DNA of 61,078 nt, counting the filler, from Sphacelaria rigidula (taxonomy: Eukaryota): assembly GCA_964200075.2 (NCBI GenBank). It is 9 parts of 9 records of this genome, joined end to end, with 100 filler letters (N's around TTAATTAATTAA, not from the genome) between each part and the next. Parts side by side here need not be neighbours in the genome. Positions count along the whole stretch, not along the records: positions 6,800 to 13,497 come from CAXNAA020018544.1; positions 13,598 to 20,295 come from CAXNAA020018545.1; positions 20,396 to 27,093 come from CAXNAA020018546.1; 6 more parts are not named here. One strand, written 5' to 3'. The stretch's first letter is position 1. Every line of letters starts with the position of its first letter. The notes beneath the pieces were generated by a model. It ran no database searches, had not been told where the DNA came from, and saw only the letters and a list, made by a program, of their open reading frames with translations. Positions 11,125-22,963 of this stretch are shown one piece after another. The position numbers were made by a program, and so were the translations under genes.

Positions 11125-11553
11125 GATTCTTGTTACCTGAGGAACTATGGCTTCCTCGTCCCCCCGCCAGATATGAAAGAACGACGGCAGCATTTTCGCG
11201 AGTGCATGTAACACTCCAAGGGTGGCGACGAGGGTGCCTGCAACCTCAATTTTGGACGGTACAGACGTTGTGCAACGTCTGTAACGTCCAAAATTGAGGT
11301 TGCAGGCGCCGCAGTGGTCACCAGTGTCATTGGGGAACATAGAGGTTTTCCTGTAGGAAAATTCCCCTTTTCCCACCTGCAAACCATTTCATGCCCGTTG
11401 CTTCTAATAAAAACGTTAAACTGTCGATTTATATTCGATTCTGTACTGATCGGCATATGTCAATGCCAGCAACGGTTGGTAGTGCTGTTCCACAGTATCT
11501 TCGCAGGTTTGGCCGAACCCAAAGCGGCCAATTTCCCTCAGGTAACAAGAGTC
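11125..11553. mobile_element. MITE-like element with an 18-bp TIR
   Basis: GATTCTTGTTACCTGAGG ... CCTCAGGTAACAAGAGTC (17/18). Confidence 0.55.
11236..11307. repeat. Near-perfect palindrome/hairpin (35-bp arms, 34/35 match)
   Basis: GCCTGCAACCTCAATTTTGGACGGTACAGACGTTG-TG-CAACGTCTGTAACGTCCAAAATTGAGGTTGCAGGC. Confidence 0.95.
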
Positions 11554-11894
11554 ATTTCAATCATGTGGACCTAGTTTAGAAATCGAAGTGTTTTGTTTCT
11601 ACAGCTGTTCCAAAATTGGGTACATACATGTTGTTATGGTGGGTGACGTCTCTGCAGACGGCAGTCAGTAGAGTAGAGTAACGAAAGCTCCAGGTTGCAG
11701 CATTGCTGCACCCCTCTGCACCACGCGAGCAACAGTGAGGTCACCACCATAGGTATCTTTTTTTCACTCCGCATGTTAAGAAGATCTCCACAAGTGTTTG
11801 ATCTCTCTCACACACACACCCCAACTGGCCTGTGACACGCCCTTGTGGTCGGGGTCTAGATGGTCACTAGTCGGGTGAATCGCCGATAAAATAA

Positions 11895-12470
11895 CAGCCC
11901 CCAAGTTCAAATTGGATCTGTTCTTATTGCGGCAGCACCGCCCTTGCTGGCATGTGTGTGACAGAGAACCGTATTAGCGGTGACGGGAACATTGCCCTGT
12001 TTTTCAAGGACATGTTTCTCAGCGCACAGAGGCGCGTCCTGCCCAAAACGAGAGGTAGAGAGAAATCGATCTACGTATCGGCGAGCTCCAGAGGCAAGAA
12101 GAAGAGACGAAATCTCTCCGCACCTCGATGTTCCTTGGAGGGCTGTGCGCAGCAACATGATAACATGCGTGTACCGGCACATGAAAAATTGGGTACATGC
12201 TGGTAACATCGATGATGCCCGTTTCTCAAGCGATTGATAATCGCCGAGCGAGGACACACAAAGGACACGGGCGAGGAGCTTCCTCTCTCTAGTTGATTCT
12301 CTCTCTGGTGATGTCATCATCGACACGCGTGTACACCGCATTCGTTCGATGCACCTAGCCACAATTGATTCACTGCTACAGACATTTGGGGGGAAATATG
12401 GTTTCGCTCTGTGTAAGTGTTTCGCGTCATCCCTGCCGAACAGATATGCCACTTGAACCTCATTTTTGAG
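11895..12470 (-). repeat. Right arm of the old ~550-bp inverted repeat
   Basis: See 10030-10575. Confidence 0.8.
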
Positions 12471-13009
12471 ATCGACTCCATTTTCCAGGATCCACTGTTA
12501 TTTGTATCCTGGCTCACCATTTTCTCACAGCGAACAGCAAAGTGATGACAGCGAGTGGTATTTAGCGAAAGGGGTGATCAGTCTAACGTAAAACAGTTCA
12601 TGCTGAATGTCAGGGCGTGTCGAGCGTATATTTAAGGCAATAACGTTTTCTTGCGGCCATGGTGTTGTTGAAAACTCGTGGAACAATGAGCACTTTGTTT
12701 GATGGAAAAGTGAACACCAGGGTACGCCAGTTGGATTCTGTTTCCGAAAAGGAACTGAATTTAACTTGGGGCAAAAAAGCACATTTATAACCGCTGCGAA
12801 CGGATCCGAGCATCCCCAATCCCTGACTATGGTACTCATAGTACCTGCAGTCAGCTCTCCGGGCATCGCTGGTCGAACAGCCAGCCCACCCTCGTACTGA
12901 TCCTCGACCACCACACCGCCATCCATAACACTCGTTCATCATGTTCGGACAGGATACGTTTTCCTTCATGTTCAGTGCTACGGCCACGATATTTGCTTTG
13001 ATGGTCGAT

Positions 13010-13235
13010 TGCACCGTCACACCCGTCGTTTTCGGGCGGGGTAATGTTTACATAAACTTCCCTTTCAAGATCGGCGTTCAGAAAGGCGATGCTGTAGCCC
13101 AGCTGCCAGCGCTCCAGGTTATACCCCCCCCAACTATTATTACCGACACCATGCGAATGTCCTGAATCCTGCGGACCGGAATAGCCGCCGCAACCAAAGC
13201 CGGGGACTTGTCCCCAGCCCAGCACGCCGACTCGA
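13010..13235 (-). pseudogene. Second decayed copia RT fragment
   Basis: VLGWGQVPGFGCGGYS.P..YNLERWQLGYSIAFLNADLEREVYV resembles the copia RT motif G..Q..G.D...TFAPV..QLD...AFLN..L.EEVYV. Confidence 0.75.
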
Positions 13236-13240
13236 TCATT

Positions 13241-13497
<257 letters not shown>

Positions 13498-13597
13498 NNN
13501 NNNNNNNNNNNNNNNNNNNNNNNNNNNNNNNNNNNNNNNNNTTAATTAATTAANNNNNNNNNNNNNNNNNNNNNNNNNNNNNNNNNNNNNNNNNNNN
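13498..13597. other. Artificial contig spacer
   Basis: N44-TTAATTAATTAA-N44. Confidence 0.98.
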
Positions 13598-13673
13598 CTC
13601 CGTCTCGAAAGGGATGCGTGGTCAATGGTCAAACGACTAAGGCAAGAAACAAATGAGTACGCCCCCCCCCCCC
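13598..13673 (-). repeat. Poly-G/GTACTCAT repeat family, type 1 head
   Basis: Near-identical to 15933-15997, 26830-26953, 40644-40687 and 50485-50560. Confidence 0.85.
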
Positions 13674-13807
13674 GGATACACACACGCGCGCACACACATA
13701 CGGCGGACCCCGAGTCGTTCAGCGATAGACTAAGGGGCCTGTATCTAGGAAAACAGCGCATATCTTCGTGTGGGCCTGCCGCTTCGGTTTTTGGGTGGTG
13801 TCAAGTA

Positions 13808-14650
13808 TCGGACCGCCGTCACCGAACGAGAGGCTGTTGCTTCGAGAGCCGCTAACCGGAGTACTGCCCTCGCCGCTAGCACAACAACAGCAACAGCTCG
13901 CGAGGAATCCAAGATGAAAATTGACCGAGAGAAAGGCCAACCTTGTACGAGACTAGGGATGAATGCGAAAATCTAGGCCAAATAGGGAAAACTTATGTGT
14001 CCCTGTCTTTTTTCTGTCATTGGTTTTTGATGTTGTCCTTGGTCGGTGGTGCCGCGGTGCTCGCTGGTGTGTGTTTATTTATACCTGCTCTACCTCATAT
14101 ACTCTACTGTGCCCTTTTTGGGGCTTCATCACTGCTGAGATTTTTCTCTCCGCTCCCTCATCCCTTCCCTTTCTTCATCTCTCTACGGGTGTGCTCTTTT
14201 CTCCCGGTGCATGCAAGTAGCAGTGTGGTGCCTTGCTTCCGTAGGGTACATGGAAGAGAGCCTCATACTCAAAATAGTGATATCGAAATAGATGAGCCGC
14301 GATCTGTTCCCACAGTCTTTCTTTTTTACGATTGGGTACGGCTGTGGTTTCTGCGCGAGATCTTTCACGCCGAAGCCATATGTGGCAGCGGCCGGCCATT
14401 TTTAATTTCCTTTTTTTCTTTCTTGTCTTTGTTGTGTCCGGTTCTTCTCTTTAATTTTTTCTCGTCTTTTTTTTGTCTTTTTTTGTCTTGGTCTTCTCTG
14501 TTTGTTTGTTCTACCTTTCTGTCTTTCTCCATTTTTCTTCAGCAAGTGTTTCCATTTTGGTTTTTATCTCGGATCTGTCTGTCCATTATGTGACCACGCC
14601 TGAATCCCTGGGTGAGCAGTCGAAGTGCGATGGTCGACCTATCAAAAATC
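13808..14650 (+). mobile_element. 5'-truncated RTE LINE 3' region
   Basis: ACCGCCGTCAC...CGAGAGGCTG, TTTCTGCGC.AGA.CTT..ACGC.GAAG and the terminal ATGTGACCACG..TG.ATCCCTGGG..GTGCGA are shared with 1-878. Confidence 0.7.
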
Positions 14651-14834
14651 TGTCAAAATTATAGTTCTGCAAATTAGCCATAAATGACATAATAACATAC
14701 CCGTACTTCTCACGGGTGTATCTATTCCCCCCTATATCTTGAAACGGCTTGGATGGGGGGGGCTCGATTATCAAATAAAATGGTGTTGAAATAGAGTTGA
14801 AAATTTTACGCTTTGCCTGCGTGTGCATCAGGTC

Positions 14835-15190
14835 GTATCGAAAAACGGAACATCGCACGTGCGTGGTGGAAGCGGTGCAAGGAAGGTGTCCGAGCGGTAT
14901 ATACTGCAAGGATACACGGTGTAACCGGTACGGGAAACGCGTTGAACCGGTACACGGGGGTCTGATCGAAGCGGCATATGGGCTGTCTCGTGAAACGAGT
15001 ATACTCACGGGAGGGTTCTCGTTGAAAACGGTACATGCGAGTCTATCGCAACGGTTTCTGGTGGAGCGCTTGTCACACAGTACGTAAGAGGTCTTGTCGC
15101 TGTGGTACAACAGAGGGAGTCCTACCGAAACGGTACACGGGGATTTCCTTGGCGGTGCCACATGTGAAGGATCCTACTGAAACGGTACAT
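14835..15190. repeat. Degenerate tandem array of GAAACGGTACA-like motifs
   Basis: Motif variants recur at ~25-35 bp spacing (GAACCGGTACAC, GAAAACGGTACAT, GAAACGGTACAC, GAAACGGTACAT). Confidence 0.6.
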
Positions 15191-15229
15191 TCTCCCGCGG
15201 CGCGCGCCACGGTCATCCGTCACACCTAC

Positions 15230-15406
15230 CGGAACGACTCCGCCTGCCCGCGACATCGCTCCGCCTCTCCTTCGGCGCGCCCGGCTCGCACCCGCGCGGC
15301 CTCTGCTCCCCTGGCCAGCTCGGCCGACAGTCCTCGCTTCTCCTCCAGAAGAGATCGCAATTCCGCCGCATCTTTCGCCCTCAAGCGTAACGCCTGCTTC
15401 TCCGAT
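15230..15406 (-). CDS. Exon of a coiled-coil protein (SEKQALRLRAKDAAELRSLLEEKR...)
   Basis: TTTCCTCAAG acceptor and CG|GTAGGT donor; phase 2 matches the upstream exon; Ala/Glu/Arg-rich heptads. Confidence 0.7.
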
Positions 15407-15868
15407 CTTGAGGAAATAAGCGGACAAAAAATGATAATGTGCACGCACGCACGCACGCGCACACGGACACGTACACACACGAAAAAAGAACGAGAAAAAA
15501 GTGAGTAAAACCAATCGCGTGAAGAATATGCAAGTGAGCACGTAGTTCGCAGGCGAGTCTGGTCGGCCAGGATCACATGTGTGCACAGTAGCCCTATATT
15601 GCATGCCTTAGATTTCAGACCGTTGACGACGTGGCGTTTGAACGGCGGAGGTGGGGCTGCAATGTCGGGGAGATAGTGGATGCTGCTGATGCTCGGTCGG
15701 TTTCTCGGGAGTCAGAGTTTTGAACACCATGGGGTTGAACGTACGAAACAGAATGAGCGCGCGCGCGAGGCGGGAACCGATGGGTGGAGTGGGGTGGGGG
15801 GGAGGGCGGGGGAGCGTACTCNNNNNNNNNGGGGGGGTGTGGGGCGGCGGGGGGGGGGACGGACGAAA

Positions 15869-15935
<67 letters not shown>

Positions 15936-15997
15936 GCGTACTCATTTGTTGCTTGCCTTAGTCGTTTGACCATTGACCACGCATCCCTTTCGAGACG
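15869..15997 (+). repeat. Long G run plus GTACTCAT type 1 head
   Basis: GGGAGCGTACTCATTTGTTGCTTGCCTTAGTCGTTTGACCATTGACCACGCATCCCTTTCGAGACG. Confidence 0.85.
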
Positions 15998-16058
15998 TGG
16001 GGTGAGGGGGCGGGGGAGAAGAAATTTCGGAGCACTTTTACTGCGCGCGACTGGTGAA

Positions 16059-16333
16059 AATATTTCAGACGTCGGACAGCTCATGAGCTCCCTGGATATT
16101 ACTTGTCATTAGAGTACGGATCCGGATCATGAGCTAGCTCATTTGGCCACTATGTTCGTATAAGCTAGCTCCCGACAGCGATGGGAGCCGAGCACGCCGT
16201 GTAGCGAGGAGGTAACGCTTTGGCTTCTCGGATATTGGCGTCACGTGCTTTGTGCGGTTGTACAATGGACCTAAGAGCTCTCTTGGATTACTTATTACAG
16301 GTAGCTCATGACCTGTCCGACGTGTGCAATATT
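16059..16333. mobile_element. MITE family C (intronic)
   Basis: ~33-bp TIR AATATTTCAGACGTCGGACAGCTCATGAGCT.CCT / AGGTAGCTCATGACCTGTCCGACGTGTGCAATATT; an inverted copy lies at 51765-52035. Confidence 0.85.
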
Positions 16334-16405
16334 CGCGAGTTGCGTGTTTGCATGTATTGGCGACAAGCGGAAGATGGCGGAACCAAACGTAGATAACCTC
16401 CTAAC

Positions 16406-16806
16406 CTGGTTGTTTTCAAAGCCTCGCGCATACGCTCCAGCTCTCCTCGCGCATCTTCCACTCCCCGCCGTAACAGCGCTGCAAGCTCAACCAACGGCAC
16501 CGACTTCCACTGGCCCCCCTGCCCTCCTTCGATCCCACCACTACCATTACTATTCCGCGGAGTCAGACACGCCCTCGATCCCGTGTCCAACTCCTCAACA
16601 GCAGACTCCGATTGTCCGTTCAAAACGGGACTGTTAGGGGTGGAAGCGAAGTCGGTGGAGGCTGCTGCTGCATCTGCCGCTGCCTCTGCCTCTGTAGGAT
16701 GGAGCGTGACGATGACTGCCATGGCATCTTGGAGTGTTTCCCGCACACGCGTGGCCTCTCGCAACGCACTTTCACCGGCGGCAGAGGTCCGCCGGAGCTC
16801 TTTCAG
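16406..16806 (-). CDS. Exon of a coiled-coil protein (LKELRRTSAAGESALREATRVRETLQDAM...ELERMREALKTTR)
   Basis: AACAG acceptor and AG|GTTAGG donor; 401 nt, phase-compatible with 15230-15406. Confidence 0.7.
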
Positions 16807-16862
16807 CTGTTCCGTACAGTTTCGTTGCATCGAGCATGGACGAGGCAAGTCGAGCAGGAAGG

Positions 16863-16898
<36 letters not shown>

Positions 16899-17877
16899 TT
16901 ACCGTAGTAACATGTCAACCTTGGCACCACGAAGAAAATTGGAATATTTACTGCAGGAGCAACCGTGCAACAAAAAGACATTATACAAGTGGTACACTGT
17001 GCCGGCACGCACGGACTCCAACGGACTCTCTGCTCCGCATTCTAGGGCCCTCTCCTCCCCGCCCAAAAAGGGTTTTAAAATGGCATGGATAATCGCAGTC
17101 TCCACGCTAAAAATCGGGCCTCATTTATTTGGGACACGATCTGAAATCAAGCTCGGCGCCGTTTCCAATGTCGGAGGTTCATCTTGGTCATTCATTTCCC
17201 TCCATGCATCCCCCCCCCCCGCCTCCCTCATTTTTTCGTTATGTCTCCCTATTTCACCTACAGTACTCGAGTTTTGAGTTTTTCGCGACCGATTCCGTTT
17301 GCTTCACCCTGGAGAGGGTGGGGTGGGTACGCACATACTTCTTTCTTGCCACCCCTACCGCCGTGCTCTACACTGTGCTCTACAGCGTATGCTCACTTTT
17401 CACATCTCCGCAAGATCAATGCACAGTCATGGCGCCCTAATAGTGCACGCTACAGTGTACAGTAGCCCAAAAATGTGCTCGTATCAGGAGCGTCAGAGAG
17501 GTGGTGGTGAAAAACAAGAATAGTAGTACCAGCGCAGAACCCCCTCGCCCCCTCCCCCCCCAAAAAGCAGTAACACTGGTCCGGCGAAAACCCGGCGTGC
17601 TTCGTTCTGGCTTTGTAGGGGCGGACCCCCTATGGGATTGGCGTCGGTTGACGATGACGCTGTAAAACACGCCTCTCACTGCATAAGCTAGGCAACCAGG
17701 TAACCGTGATGGTAGTCGAGCTAGATCATATTGTGTGGGGTGGGAGAACCTCAACTCCGCGCGAAGGAGATGATCGTGCTACGTAGTGTTTAAATGGTGA
17801 GACACACATGAAGCAGTGTATAGGCCGTGGCTGTCTCTGTTTGTGGCGATACCAGAAAATGAAGCAGCTCATTGGAG

Positions 17878-18123
17878 GCTGTCATCCAAATGCGAGATAA
17901 TCAGTCGGCTTCGGGCCGAACGATCTTGGTAGGATGCAGCTTATCCTTTACGCGACTCGCCGAACACACCATGGCGCTTCGCGCTTGGTGATTGATTGCG
18001 AGCCTGGTCCGGTAAAAATCTGGCGTGGTCCGTCCCGGCCTTGTAAGGATGCGAGGTCAATGGTCTTATGACAATGACATGCAAGATTATGAGTACATCC
18101 CCCCCCCCCCCCCCCCCCCCCCC
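17878..18123 (-). repeat. Poly-G/GTACTCAT repeat family, type 2, long copy
   Basis: Reverse complement aligns with 50608-50812 and 50915-51030. Confidence 0.85.
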
Positions 18124-18924
18124 AAAAAAAAAGAACCACACACCAAAAAACAAAAACCAAAAGAAAAAAAAAAAAAAAAAAAAAAACGAGCGGANNNNNN
18201 NNNNTTGCCTCCCCCGCCTTTCTAAGGAGAGGGGAAACAATGCTTTTGAAAAAAAAAAAAAACAATTTAGGTATAACCCCCCCCCCCCCCCCCCTCCCCA
18301 AAAAACGCGGTACCACCAACCAAGGTACAAGGAGAAGAAGAGTAAGAAGAGATGAGCGTTCGCTTGGACTGGCTTCTACTACTCGCGCTCAAAAGAGGTA
18401 CAGCGAAGAATGAGGTACACCCGTTTTTGCTATTACATCGCTGCCGCGCTCCAGTGGTCAAAATGCCTACACCTACTACGAGCAGTGTTGGGGGGAAGGG
18501 GGGAAGATGCGGGTTTAGATCCCGAAAAAATCGGTATCTTTCTTTGTTTGCAGAACCTGGTTCCTGTCATTGGAAGCGCGAGTACGCGGATACGAGCTGA
18601 GCCGGCCATCAGTGGTTTTCAAACGAAGAGTGGAGATGCTATTGGCAATTCAAAGAATAAGGCGCTGAAATTCTGACATGACATGTTTATTTTCAATCCG
18701 CGCAACCCTGCTAGGGGTGTCACGAGAAAAAAAAAAAAAACAGGAAGTTAGAGCGAGTTGAAGTTTCAGCAAAAACAGGAAAAAATGCTACAAGTATAAC
18801 TTCCTCAAAAATGATAAAAACGATGACAACGCTCCGGCACATACGGGCACTCGCGTCAACCACATCCTTGGGAATTTTCAGCCAAAAATGCGTAGAATCG
18901 GGCTTCGCATCGCACTCTTTGTGT

Positions 18925-19110
18925 GGCCCCGGTGGTCAAACTGATACAACAGCCTCAAAATTGGACAGGTCACGAGTTCGAATCCCGACACGACAAGAAC
19001 GTTTTGTGTGCATACAAATCGTACATAATCTCTTGTACCTCTGGGTTGCAAAGGGTCTCGATATTTTGGTGACGGTCTTGCTTTTGGGGGGGTATAGCGC
19101 AGTTTCAAGT
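18925..19110 (+). mobile_element. tRNA-headed SINE-like element (family S3)
   Basis: GCCCCGGTGGTCAAACTG (A-box-like) ... GAGTTCGAATCCC (B box), no intact cloverleaf, followed by an unrelated body; 3' end approximate. Confidence 0.5.
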
Positions 19111-19990
19111 AGTACTCCTCTCTCGTGCGGTGATATACGACAGTTGGCTCGGAGGTTCTCTCCCATTATGGAGCTTATGACGAGCTTTGATGCCATCTTG
19201 CAGCACGATCAGCGTGCTCTTGCCTGGGCATGTCGAGTGTGCGTGTGCCTATGCGGCGCAACGGTCTATCGTAATTCCACCGCATTTTGTGAAACGAAAC
19301 GTCTCCAGACACGCTGTCACGCAACGACAAGAGACGTACCCGGTACTCAATGCAGTACAATAACATCATCGCCAAAACTGCGCCAATGAAGCAGCGGCGG
19401 TGCCGTGTGTTACCAGGTTAGTCTGCAGTTCATAGCGATGTGCTCAAGTCGAGCTGATTGGGGAAGCTTGAAAAGTTGTAGTGCAGAGAGCTTGTGGGAT
19501 TCACTGCCGGCCCAGCTCGTAACAAAAAATAATCGAAAATTTGACTATGATGGATGGGGTATGGGAGCGGTGATCCAATGCTCGAAACCACAATATCAGA
19601 CGTCTACCGGGCGAGACATGGGGTTGCAAAAACATGACGAGAAGAATTAATGAAAAAAAAAAAAGCGTCTCGTCACCTGCGTCCGGAGAGTGGTGATGGT
19701 GACTCCCTGTCGAGCTTGTTCCGTCTCGGCAGCCGTGAGCTTGTTCGACAATTCCCCTTCCTGGATACAAACACATACGAACACACATTAGTGCACGTCT
19801 ACGCACAAAATCAACGGGGGTGGTGGTGGTACAATACGTACAATAGTGAGTGGTACAAGAGTGCGGCTCTGAAGTGAACGACATGCTGTGCAAGAGAGCA
19901 ACGCAGGCAACTCACGCTACCAACCCAACCCGCCAACGCCATCACTACCACAGCAGCTCCACAGACTCGACGCGACAACAAACAAGGCGT

Positions 19991-20022
<32 letters not shown>

Positions 20023-20295
20023 CCCACGGCACCATCAACATCAACAACGACGCCAAGCCACCGAGTACGATATGATTGAAGCCTTGGATGAATGCATTGT
20101 GCTCCAGAGCGCATGCGGAGGCGGTCTCCGAAGTGGCACCATCTCATGCGAGAAATAAATAAATCTAGTTTGCCCAGCGGACGGACGCTACATACCAACC
20201 GCACACATTTGCCAGAGTTCACGTCCTCTAAAAAGAGCCCCTCCACCCCCCCCCAGTCGCCCAGAAGTCTGAAATTGTTGTGGACACCTAAGCAT

Positions 20296-20395
20296 NNNNN
20301 NNNNNNNNNNNNNNNNNNNNNNNNNNNNNNNNNNNNNNNTTAATTAATTAANNNNNNNNNNNNNNNNNNNNNNNNNNNNNNNNNNNNNNNNNNNN
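20296..20395. other. Artificial contig spacer
   Basis: N44-TTAATTAATTAA-N44. Confidence 0.98.
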
Positions 20396-20514
20396 AAGCA
20401 CGGCTTTTGAGTTGAACCTCATTTTTTTTTTCAACCCCATTTTCGAAAATCGGCTGTTAATTCATGTCTATATCTAGGCTGTGTTATGGTAGCTTGAAGA
20501 AAACGATGGTGAGC

Positions 20515-20768
20515 TTCTCTAATAGCCCCACCCAAAGACAAGCCCAAAACTGTCATGAAGAAAATATACATACTACGGCGCCTGACGTTTTTCAGGCTGT
20601 ATAAAGCGCCTCATATAGGCGGCAGTGACGAAACCGAACCCAACCGTGGGAATCCCCAGCTGCTCGTTGTGCTCGGCTTTTTTTCATTTCGATTTACGGG
20701 TAGATTTCGCCTCCCTAAACCAGCCACTTTTTTTGGGGGGGGGGCGGGGGGCTACCGCAGCAAGTGTG
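20515..20768. mobile_element. MITE family A, ends eroded
   Basis: Shares CAAAACTGTCA.GAAGAAAA and CGTGGGAA..CCCAGCTGCTCGTTGTGCTCGGCTTT with the other copies. Confidence 0.8.
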
Positions 20769-20920
20769 GTTATTCCATTTTTATGTCCGGGCTGTCATAT
20801 GGCAGGTTAAAGAAAAGGAAGGTTAACCTCGTTACCTCATGTCTATGTCCGGGCTGTAACAAGGTAGGTTAAAGAAAAAGGATGGTTGACTTCATTATTT
20901 CATGTCTATGTCCGGACTGT

Positions 20921-22963
20921 TATGGGCGCGCCTGACCCCCCAAAATGGGCGAAAAAAGTGTCACCGACCAATATCGCGAACAGACACGAACAGACCGACT
21001 TCTGGGTCCTATCCAGGCTCGTGGAGTAAAATGCGCCTTACGTCATAGGAAGAGAACGGCATGGATCCAAAATTCATGTCGAAAAAAAGTGGACTGCCGT
21101 CTAAAACCAGAACCCTACAATTATATCCGTTGTTCCTCATATATTACATGCCACTGCGTCACCTTTCGTCCACGCTTGCGATACCCTGGCATGCAAGGAG
21201 GCTGATTGGGTTGAACCAACCCAACGCACACCGAAAACACTCGGGCAAGGGCGGTACATACATTCCCTGAAAAAAGTGAGGCCTTGGTAGACCCCAAATC
21301 GGCTTCTGTGGCGCAGATTTCAACGAGAACGCCTTGTGCGCACCCGAGGAGTACACGGGACCGTCAGCCCTACCAAAATTCCGATTCTCGTTGTACGCAC
21401 TCAAATCAAGTGATATCAACCATGAACATTTGTAGCCCAACGCTGGTAAGTGAAACCAGGAAGCTGAACTATTTCTGGGCGGATCAAAGTTGGGTCAACA
21501 TGATGTGCTCAACATGCGACATCGTCTTATGTACTGATGAATTTCAACGACGATGATCCTTACTCAGACGAGTGGAGTACAAATAGTCACCTGGTGTGTG
21601 ATGTGGGCTGGGTGGGTGTTGGTCTACCATCTCCTTTTGGTTTGAGGAGCTTGATTTATCGGCTGCCATGATTCCACCACTTTTGTCGGACGAATGACTC
21701 GCGTTTCAAAGTGTATTTGTTGTTCCGTGGGGATGGCTTTTCATTTGATGAATATGGTATTAAATAGCTATTTGACCGCGGCGGTTTGGTCAAACGATGA
21801 ATCGGTATCATTTTCCACTTGAAAAAAGTATGGATGGTCCAGATGGATTACCGTCACGGTCTAGGGGTTCATCGGACTCTAAAGATGTTGTCTTGCAAGA
21901 GGGAATGAAAACAAACGGTCGTCCGTCACCCACCATTGCCGATACAACAGATGCGTGTCTTAGAGTGGGTGGGTCCACTGCAAGACACGATTGGGGCTTC
22001 GGTACCATGTGGCTTCAGCGAAAGTGGGCCGACGACTTTGTGTCGTCTTGGCGCAGTATACTTTCCCATTCGGGAGCGTTAGTCGGTCAGTCTTGATCTT
22101 GGTGTGGAAACCGAAATCCGGATCTTTCATGGGGGCTGTGCTCCTTGCATTCTACTAGCGTCCCAGAACGCGTTCTTGTCTAAATCGGCGCCTGGGGCGC
22201 CGATTCGAGGTCTAGCAACACATCCTTCGCCTACGAAACACGTTGCACCCGCCTTGCCCGATGGTTCTCGGTATGCCTTCGTCAGGGCCAGTGCTATAAT
22301 TTGTTCTCTCCGCTGCTGCGAGGTCGCGAAGACGATTCTTGCTTCTGGGGGCTCGGTCAAAGGCTCAAATTCTGCAATATTCTACATATCCGATGTATCA
22401 ACCATCTGCACCACCACGAGTCATTCATGGGTGTCATCTATTCCGAGGCCGGTACACAGGGGTGAGGTTTTCGCGTTTTGTCGAGGCCGGCGAGGGTTGG
22501 AGGTGCGTGTTTGCGATTACAGCCCAATCTGTTCCAGAGAATACTCATCGCCACGGCCATCGATTGGGATGCGACGTTTTGCATCATCTGCGCTAAGACG
22601 ACAGCTACAATTGTGCAAGTTGAAATTTTTTATTTCATCAGGATGCGAGTTTTATAACGAATCAAGTGGAAAAAACATAGTTTTTTTGCGATTTTTTCGA
22701 TCACCGTAACGTCTTAGGCAAAATCAACCAGTAAAATTGTAGCTAGGACAAATACACGCCGGTGAGTAGCCGAGCCACGCCGTGGTTCGTCCTCCGGAAC
22801 AAGAAAAGTTCAAAAGCGTGCAATGGAAACCTTACCCAAATCACAAGTACTTTGAGGGATTTTGCGGCGTGCATAGTTAGGGATGAGCGTCATCTCCGGT
22901 CTGTTCGTGATTTTGGCCGGTGACACTTTTTGGGCTCATTTTGGGGGATCAGGCGCGCCTATA
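20921..22963 (-). mobile_element. 2043-bp TIR DNA transposon with a decayed internal ORF, superfamily unassigned
   Basis: ~65-bp TIR TAT(G/A)GGCGCGCCTGA.CCCCCAAAATG.GC.AAAAAAGTGTCACCG.CCAA.ATC.CGAACAGAC; 5-bp TSD ACTGT (20916-20920, 22964-22968). Confidence 0.85.
21213..21445 (+). mobile_element. Truncated MITE family D nested in the 2-kb element
   Basis: Collinear with 42095-42300, including the right TIR TCAACCATGAACATT..TAGCCCAACGC.G. Confidence 0.8.

Noticed and set aside
13943..14593. 216-aa hydrophobic ORF resembling a membrane protein
   Set aside because: It is the T-rich 3' UTR of the RTE copy.
18352..20158. Possible plus-strand exons (18554-18668, 19144-19236) and the poly-Gln ORF 19850-20158
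   Set aside because: No consistent phase chain or recognisable motif; the poly-Gln run is a (CAG)n microsatellite.
22104..22709. 201-aa plus-strand ORF inside the 2-kb transposon
   Set aside because: More likely the shadow of the decayed minus-strand frame; no recognisable motif.
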